A stretch of 64,000 bases of DNA from assembly GCF_009914755.1 (NCBI RefSeq), contig NC_060927.1. One strand, given 5' to 3'. This DNA comes from the human T2T-CHM13v2.0 reference genome, Homo sapiens. The notes beneath the pieces were generated by a model. That model worked only from the letters and a program-made list of their open reading frames with translations. It had not been told where the DNA came from and made no database searches. A program made the translations under genes and the position numbers. Shown here one piece after another: positions 54,606 to 64,000 of this stretch; within the stretch, counting starts at the first letter, position 1; each line of letters begins with the position of its first letter.

Positions 54606-56917
54606 GTTGAATAGTTACCCTCCTCCCACCTCGCTCCTCCTTCTTGGAGCTGGTCAGCCAGTGCTGCTTTTCTCCTCCTCCCACCCCTCCCCTTCTCCCA
54701 CCCGAGCACTGTGGCTGGTTTCCAGTAGCAGCAGTACAATTAATATTTTACACGATCTTCGCCTAAAGTCTGGTGGTAGTTTGAGATACTTCTTTTAGTC
54801 TGAACTCATTTTCAAATTTAGGGCCCAGGCTGTTCTATGGCTTTAGGAGTTGAGGAAACATGAAAGAAATCTGCCTTCTATTTGTTTAAATATTAAAGCA
54901 TTTAAAATATTTTTTCCTTCTTTCAGATAATCAAAACACAGCTGACTTGCCATTGCTGCACAGTGCTGAAAGGTAGCTCTCAATGTGGGTGATTAACACC
55001 ATGGCAATGGAGGGGGCAAGTTTTAAAGAAATAATTAAATAGATCTTGGAAAATCATTATTCTTTTGTCTCATAATAGAAAACCAGGCCTGTGTCTGCAG
55101 CTGAGCACAGTATTTGGTGATCAGCAGATAAAAGGACACTCCAAAGCCAAACTTGGAGCCACTGTCGTCTACCAGATGCATTTTATCTGGCGGAATGTGT
55201 GGGACCTGACAGACACAGGGGAATCCAGGCTCTGCGAACCTCTGCTGAGCCTCGTCTCCTCTCTCCATAATGGAGATGAAGGCGCCTCCCATTCACAAGT
55301 GTAGTTATTGCGTAAGTGTTTCCCTCTGTCAGTTTTCAGTGGCTAAACCTTCCTATATAATATCCTTGGAAGATAGGTTGGGGCTTGGGCTTGAGGTCAA
55401 GATGGTAGAGACAAGGGATTTGTCCCAGACTTCATGGCAAGAGTGAGACTGGCATGTCTAGATTAGTGATTACAGAGCTCTTTGAGAAACTGGGGAGAGC
55501 TCTGGCCCTTCTCCCAAACAGAACGCATATAACTATTTCAGGAAGTGTTTGGACCCAAGATGAAGAACTGCTCTTCAAGAAGCAACCGTGGCCTGGCTAG
55601 ACTTGGGCAATGGCATGACCCTGTGGGTATTGCCCCCACCGCCTTTCTGCGAAGGCCTGCAAAACGGGGCCCTTGTCCACGTGTGTGGGTCAGTGCTGTA
55701 GCCAGGAGGAAGGCCTGAGACAGTGTGTCTGTGACTCTCTGCTGTTTGATTGTGTGAGAGTCTGTATGTGAAGAGGAAAATAAAAAGGAAATGAAACCAA
55801 TTTATAATAATTGTCTTCTGACATATATAACTCCAAAAAACTGCAAAGACAAGGTTCTGAGCCAAATGAAATTATTCGTTTATGATCAATTAAATGATGA
55901 ACATAAACACAAGAAACACACGATTTTCCTTGCTCAAGATTTGGCATGTGTATTTTCTGATTCTACTATATATGTAAGATTTTTATTTAAAACAAAAGTG
56001 AGTTGTTGTGCGTATCATGGGATGTGTGCTGTGATACAAATACAGTGGCCCTTTATATATATTTAAATACAAAGTCACTTTTTTCTGATTATAAAACTAA
56101 TACAGACCTATTTTAGAAACTTTGGGTAATAACAGTATAAGGAAGAAAATAATAATCATCTGGTTTACTTGATGGAAATTAAACATTTCATGTAATTTTT
56201 TTTGGCTGCTTTTAAATTTAACATTATATCCTAAACATTTTTCCCATGCCATTAATCACTTTCTGTAAACATCATTTTTTCATGCCTGCAGGAGTTCCAT
56301 TGTATGAATACACAATTTAAGTGTTTGGTTGTGTGGAAAGCATATAAGCTCTGACTTGAAGAAATGTGACCCAAACCTGTGTCTGTCACTTACTGGCACT
56401 CGATGGCCTCTGGAACCTCAGTCTCCTTGTCTGCAGAAGGGAGACTGAATGACAGTACCTTGGGTTACTGAGAGACCTCAAAGAGCCTCGCACAGTGTGG
56501 GGCATGCACTCAGCAAATAGTTGCCATTATTATTATTGGTGACAGCAGTGGCAGCTTTGTCTTGTGGCTCCTCTAGGGAGAGTTTGGATGCTCGCAGTAT
56601 GTTAAGAATTTGCAGCCCAGCTCTGGCCTCGTTTTTTAAATGAATACTTTCTTTTTCTCTTATTGCTGTGATTTCTTCTTTTGCATTTTTCCTCTTTGTT
56701 CTGTGTACTTTTGTAAGTTGCTTTACATCGTTTTTGCAGTAAGGCAGATTATAAATAAATAAACACTGACTATTCCCTCTAGTGTTGGTTGTTTAGGTTG
56801 TTTCTGATTTCTTGCTATTGTGAATCATTCTGCATAGAATATCTTAGTGCATCAGGGTCTGTCCTAGGTTGGATTATTTGCTGGGGCTAGAATCCTGGAG
56901 GCGGAAATACGCATTTT

Positions 56918-57215
<298 letters not shown>

Positions 57216-58474
57216 GGAAATACGCATTTTTACATCTCTGATCCAATTTCTTCTCAGAAGGCTGTACCAATCTACACTCCCACCATTAATGGTACGAGAA
57301 GACCAGTGCCACTGACTCCATGACTGACTGGCCTCTTTCTTTCAAGCCCCATTTCTTGTCATGGCCCAGGGTAGCAACAATCTGATTCTCACCTGGATGC
57401 TGTGTTCTGCATCATCATCAGTAAATGGAGCTCAGGGTTGAGGTCTGCCCCAGGTCCCCCGGTTTTGGTAAATCTTATTTCTGATGGGAAGGCAGTCCTG
57501 TCGCCAGCCAGTCCTGCCTGCATAGATTGCCCTCTCTGCTAAACAATGGACACATTCAGACCCGACTCGTGTTTTCAGTTATTAAAAAACTGAGCCGTCT
57601 GTCTCTGCCTGTGACTTTAATCTTTAAGCCTTTATTCCCTTTACCCCATCCCCCTTCCCTTAACCTTTTGTTTGTGCAGTTCCGAGCTCAGGGATACGTG
57701 GGTCCAAGACTTTCTGAATGTACTGTGGCTTCCCCTGACAGCTACAGATGGTTGTAGCCCTGAGTGATGTTGTTTCAGGGTAGGCAAGGGGGGGATGAAA
57801 GGGAAGGAGAAGAGAGGTCAGCTCTTCTTGCCTCCAGCAATCATTTGAACTTTGCCAAAACTATTTTTACATAGCTCTGGAGTGGAGTGCCTCCGTTCCA
57901 TTCTCTCCCCATTTTCAAATTTGGTAGACTTGTACCGTTTCTGAGTTGCTTAGGCTTAATAAGTTTACATCTTACAGTGCCTCTTAGCATTTCTTCCTGA
58001 GAAGTAGTTCTTGTGGTTGAATTATGTATATGTGTGTCTAAAAGCAAAAGTCCCAAGAAAGGATCTTCACCCCAACCCCCTTAAAACACAACCAGAAAGC
58101 TCAGAACACAACAACATCTTCCATTTCAGAAAGGGCACTCTTCCGGCAGCACATGTGGTTCTCAGTGTCTTCTTGCACAAGGCCAGCCAGAGAATGCTGG
58201 ATGTAAAAACCAGTGACAGGGCCATGAGCTTGGCTGACAGGGAGCATTAGGAAACCATCCTCTCTTTTGCAGAGACACTGGGGACATTCCTTTCTGAAGA
58301 AGGCTCCTTGCATACAAAAAGAATGGTCTTTAAGAGTGTTGCTGGCACCTTTCTGTGAAGAGCCACACAATGCAGAGGGAGGGAACCTATCACTTGGATG
58401 TGGAGGTGCAGGTCTGAAGGCCAGGAAGGAGACATTTTTTCATATGTGTGTTTTTTTTTTCTTAAAGACTTTCT

Positions 58475-58774
58475 GTTTTTTTTTCTTTTTTTGAGGTGGA
58501 GTCTCACCCTGTCGCCCATGCTGGAGTGCGGTGGCACTATCTTGGCTCACTGCAACCTCCACCTCCCAGGTTCAAGCGATTTTCTTGCCTCAGCCTTCTG
58601 AGTACCTGGGACTATAGGCATGCGCCACCGCACCCAGCTAATTTTTGTATTTTTAGTAGAGACAGGGTTTCACTGTGTTGACCAGGCTGGTCTCCATCTC
58701 CTGACCTCAGGTGATCCGCCTGCCTCGGTCTCCCAAAGTGCTGGGATTACAGGCTTGAGCTACCACACCTGGCC
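58475..58774 (-). mobile_element. Alu (AluS-type)
   Basis: Full Alu consensus. Confidence 0.92.
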
Positions 58775-59287
58775 TGTGTGTATGTTTTTTCAAGTGTGTA
58801 CATTTTTTGTGCATTTTTACATGTCAACACACCCTGTTTGTTTTTAAACCTTTTTTCTCACTACAAAGCTTCTATGACTCCAGCATTTTATAAATGCCTT
58901 CAGAGAATGCAAGAGCCTCCTCACCCCTTTACGGTGATGTTAACAGAGGGTTGGTGCCTATTCATCTGACTTTGTCCACATATATGTATATTTATGCTTA
59001 TGTTAGTCTATTAGTATTGTCACTTTAAAATTTGTTTTTAAAGTTAAGTGTGGGGCTATACTACATCTGCTATTTTGCATTTTGTTTTCCCTCTGCTTAG
59101 CAATGTCTTGGAGCATGAGTTCAGAGAGTTCAAATTCACTCTGTTTAGTGGCTGTAGGATATTCCCTTGTGTCTATTTACCATTTAACCAGTCTTTTAAT
59201 GGATGTTTTTGGTGTCTCCAGTCTTTTGCTAGGTGAACGTAATCTCTTTGCACCTTGTAGAAGTGTTTCTGCAAGTTTCTGTCTTAG

Positions 59288-59845
<558 letters not shown>

Positions 59846-59933
59846 TGATATATTTATTGTCCGTCTGCTATGAGCCAGACCTCCAGTTCTGTGGCGGTAA
59901 CACAAGGAAATCTTTCTCCAAACTCTAACATGA

Positions 59934-60261
<328 letters not shown>

Positions 60262-61054
60262 TTACAGATCCCCAGCCATGCCTTGGGCAGGTAAGGAAAG
60301 AATGCTAGCTGAAACGATGGGGAGAATTATGTCTGGCAGTATGGAATTGGGCAAAAATGAATTGGATGCAGGTTTCCCGCAGAACAATCGTGAGACTGTT
60401 ATGGAATAAGCCTTTGTTCTTTGCAATCAGAGTCCTGGTTTTACACCACCCAGATTGTCTCATTAGGATGTCTTTTTTTCAGGACATCTGTGGTCACTTG
60501 TGTGAATGTGACACTGTAGGGTCAAGTGGAGGGCTCAATGAAGAGAGAAGTTAAAGTTCCCCACAGCCCTAGAATGGGACAGTTTGCTGTTGATTATGTA
60601 GTTAACTGCTGGTGATCTGTGCTGCTGGTGATCCTGGACTTGAGTTGGTCACAGTCCCCACCTTTGCAATTTTCATCTTATCCATGCACCACCTTTATTA
60701 GTATTATTATTATGTTTACTTTAAACAGACTATTTATTTAACCTTCTCCTAAGTAATATTAGCCTTGAAATAATGAGTTTAAAATACTAATTCCATTTTC
60801 CTTCAGTGCATATTAAAATAAACACCTAACTACCATAATAAAAAAAGTGTGTGTCACCTAAAATCTGGCAGGGTATGTCCTATACTTTGGGCAACACCAT
60901 GCTCTCTAATTGCTCTACACTCACTTTCCTGCCAGGGTACTAGGTAATGAGTACACATACAGGATGGGGCAGAGATAGGAGATGGGAAGTGAGGCATCTC
61001 TGACCCAGAGTTCTGGGTGTGCTTAAGAAAAAAAAAAAAGAATCTCATAGCAGA

Positions 61055-62690
61055 GATCCTGTGGTGGTATCTAATTGTGGTTTTATTTTGCATTTCTCTG
61101 ATGACTAATAACATTGAATACTTTTTAATGTGTTTATTGGCTATCTGTAGATCTTCTTTTGTGAAGCAGCTTTCAAATCTTTTGCCTATTTTTTATTAGA
61201 TTTTAAAAAATTATTTTGTTGTTGAGTTATAGGAGTTCTTTAACCTACTTATCAGTCCTTTGTCAGATATATGTGTCGTGAATACCTTCTGACAATTTAT
61301 GGCTTACCTATTTGTTTTCTTAATGGTGTCTTTTGATAACCAAAAGTTTTGATGAAGTCTAATTTATCACTTTTTTCTGTTGTAGTTACTGCTTTCTATG
61401 TTCTAAGTAACTTTGCTTACCACCAAGTTATGAAGACATTCTACTCAGTTTCCTTCTAAAAAGCTTAATGACATTAGCGTTTGCATTTAGTCCTGTAATC
61501 TATCTTGAATTAGTTTTTGTATGTGGTGTGAGATGGGGGTCAAAGTAGATTTTTTTCCGTATGGCTATTCATTTATTCCAGTGCATCATTTCTTGAAAAG
61601 TTTTTTAGATTGTTTTGTTGCCTTTGTGAAAAATCACATAACCATTTAAGTGTAGGTCTATTTCTGGACTCTATTGTACTTTGATTTGTTTGTCTGTCTT
61701 CACACCAATATCGCACTGTCTTTATTAGTAGCTTTATAAAGTAAGTTTTGAAGTCAAGTAGTGTAAGTCCTCCAACTTTGTTCTTTTCCAGTATTGCTTT
61801 GAATATTCTTGATCCTTTGTAGTTCCATATAAATTTTAGAAGCAGCTTTTCAATTTCTACAAAAAAAATAAATCCTGGGATTATGATTGGGATTACATTG
61901 AATCTATACTATAGCTCAATCGAGGGAAAACTGACTCTTAACAATATTGAGTTTTCCAATCTATGAACTTAGCACATCTCTTCACTTATGTATTTTTAAG
62001 TTTTTAGTATAGAGGTCTTGTACATATGTTGTTAAATTTATTTCTAAGTATTTTATGTATTTTGATGCTATCATAAATGATATTTTTAATTTGTTGCTAA
62101 TATATTAACATAATTAGTTTATGTATATTCATCTTGTATCTTGCAACCTTGCTAAACCTTCTTATTAGTCCTAGTGGTTGTTTTATAGACTCCTTAGGAT
62201 TTCCTACATAAAAAATCATGTCAGCTAAGAATAAAGATAGTTTTACTTCTTTGTTTCTACTCTTTATACCTTTTTCTAACCTTTATGTTCTTTTTCTTAA
62301 CTTATTACACTGGCTACAACTTCCAGTAAAATGTTGAGTAGAAGTGGTGAGAGTGGACATCCTTGCCTCGTTCTGATCATGGTGACAAATCATTTCATAT
62401 TTCTCTAGTAAGTATGGTGTTAGCTGTGGGTTTTTCCATACACATCCTTTACTGTGTTGAGGAAATTCCTCCTGTTCCTAGTGTGGTGAATGGTTTTATC
62501 AGGAGTGGTTGTTAAATTTTGTCAAGTGCTTTTTCTGCATCCACTGAAATGATTTTATAGTTTTTCTTCTTCATTCCGTTAGTGTGGGGAATTATACTGA
62601 TTGATTTTTTTGAATATTAAACATAAAAAGCTATAAATTTCCCTCTAAACATTACCTCAGCCTCACCCAATATATTTTTTAACATGGTTT
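61055..62690 (-). mobile_element. Old L1M ORF2 3'-region fragment
   Basis: gtggtatctaattgtggtttta...tcctccaactttgttctttt...ttgggattacattgaatctata...gtagaagtggtgagagtggacatccttg. Confidence 0.8.
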
Positions 62691-63784
62691 TAACATGTTC
62701 ATGTAGATTTTTATTTTCCAGGAATGGATTATTTGGCCCATGGATCAATCAGTTGGTAGAATACAGATTGTAGATAGTATAAATGAATGGTTACACCCAA
62801 ATGTTGGCAATTTGAGACAATTTGTGAAACAGCAGGAATGGCAAAGTCTTTGTTTCATCAGCAACTTCCTAATGGAATTTGTTGACGGAAGTGATTTGAT
62901 TTTTATCCATTTAGTGATGCTTATATCATGGCAAAGTCCAAGCCATTCACATTTCCCTTCAGGTGTGTTCTAATTCATGATCTTAAATCATGATAGGCTA
63001 TTTCCTTAAAGTGATGTCATTGTTTCCACCTGGGCAGAGGAAGATGATGAGTGTTGGCGATGGCAGAGGAAGGGGATGGACACAAGTCCAGGAATAAGGA
63101 AGGCAAATGTCAGCCAGCACTGTCAGCCACCTCCCTTGTGTGCGGGCACTGGGCTAGATCACCTGCATGTGTTAGGTGTGAGTCCACAGCACTGAGGAGA
63201 TGGAGGTCTGTAGGAAGTAAATCATCTGCTGCAGGTGACATGAGTAGGGGCAGAAACGAGGCTGGAGCCAGGTCTGCTAGCCCTCAAAGCTGGTGGACTT
63301 TTCCCAGGCAGTATCTACCTTTTTTTATCATGCAACATGAGGATATCTACATTTTGGAGTGAGTGTGAGCTTTGAGGATAAAGTTGTAACAGAAGTTTCC
63401 AGGATAATCCATTAATTGATACCACCTATCTTATTGATTTAATAATTGAGCCACTGTTATACTTGGCCAGTTGAATATCAAGCTTGGCATTCCATTAGAT
63501 AGGAAACCTGGTTTTGGAATAAATCAATAATCCCAGGAATTCTTAACAGGAAACATGGTTACCAAATGTAAATGAAACACTAGAGTTATTTATAGGAGTA
63601 TTGTATTAGATAGTTCTCTAAGTGGGCTGCAAAGCAGCTCTGTGAAGTGAGTCCTATTTTCTCAGTGACTTGCATATTCTAAGATTAAGTGATGTATTCC
63701 CAAGGAACAAGTCCTTTGTAAACAGTGGTTAACTTTTGTAAGGAAGGAATATAGAAGATTCTGGACAGTGTCACGGAATAAAAC

Positions 63785-63995
63785 TATTAAGAGCACAGAT
63801 TCTAGCACCATACTACTTGAATCCTGGCTCCATCACTTGCTTGTTTTGGGATCTTAAGCTGGTGACTTACCCACTTTTTACCTCAGCTTCTTATCTGTAA
63901 AATAAGGATAATAATATTGTATGTACTTATGACAGTCATTGTAAGGATTAATGAATTAGTATGTAAAGTACTTAACACAAAGCCTGTTGCATAGT
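63785..63995 (+). mobile_element. MIR SINE
   Basis: ttgaatcctggctccatcacttg...cctcagcttcttatctgtaaaataaggataataat...atgtaaagtacttaacacaaagcctg. Confidence 0.75.
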
Positions 63996-64000
63996 CAACT

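Overview
Human-like (primate) genomic DNA, recognisable as the 5' end of EEFSEC (selenocysteine-specific elongation factor). The CpG-island promoter and coding exon 1 (13147-13462, + strand, GTPase G1-G3 motifs) are followed by about 50 kb of intron 1, with no further EEFSEC exon visible. The upstream 12 kb points toward the known head-to-head neighbour RUVBL1. Much of the rest is interspersed repeat: about 24 Alu pieces (21 on the minus strand), a full-length Tigger1, Tigger3 elements, MER2, MER3, MLT1/MLT2 LTRs, a solo LTR12-family LTR abutting the promoter, L1M/L2/MIR relics, a U6 pseudogene, a TG-rich minisatellite and a 0.9 kb TA-rich tract. No new multi-gene system is supported, and almost all listed ORFs are repeat artefacts. 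The most interesting signals are: (1) the promoter-proximal LTR12 carrying a 190-bp C-rich/G4 expansion and a perfect minus-strand splice donor; (2) two independent short templated insertions (74 bp and 88 bp) copied from nearby downstream DNA; (3) repeated reuse of the same retrotransposon target site. Repeat subfamily names and boundaries were assigned by eye from recalled consensus sequences and are approximate.
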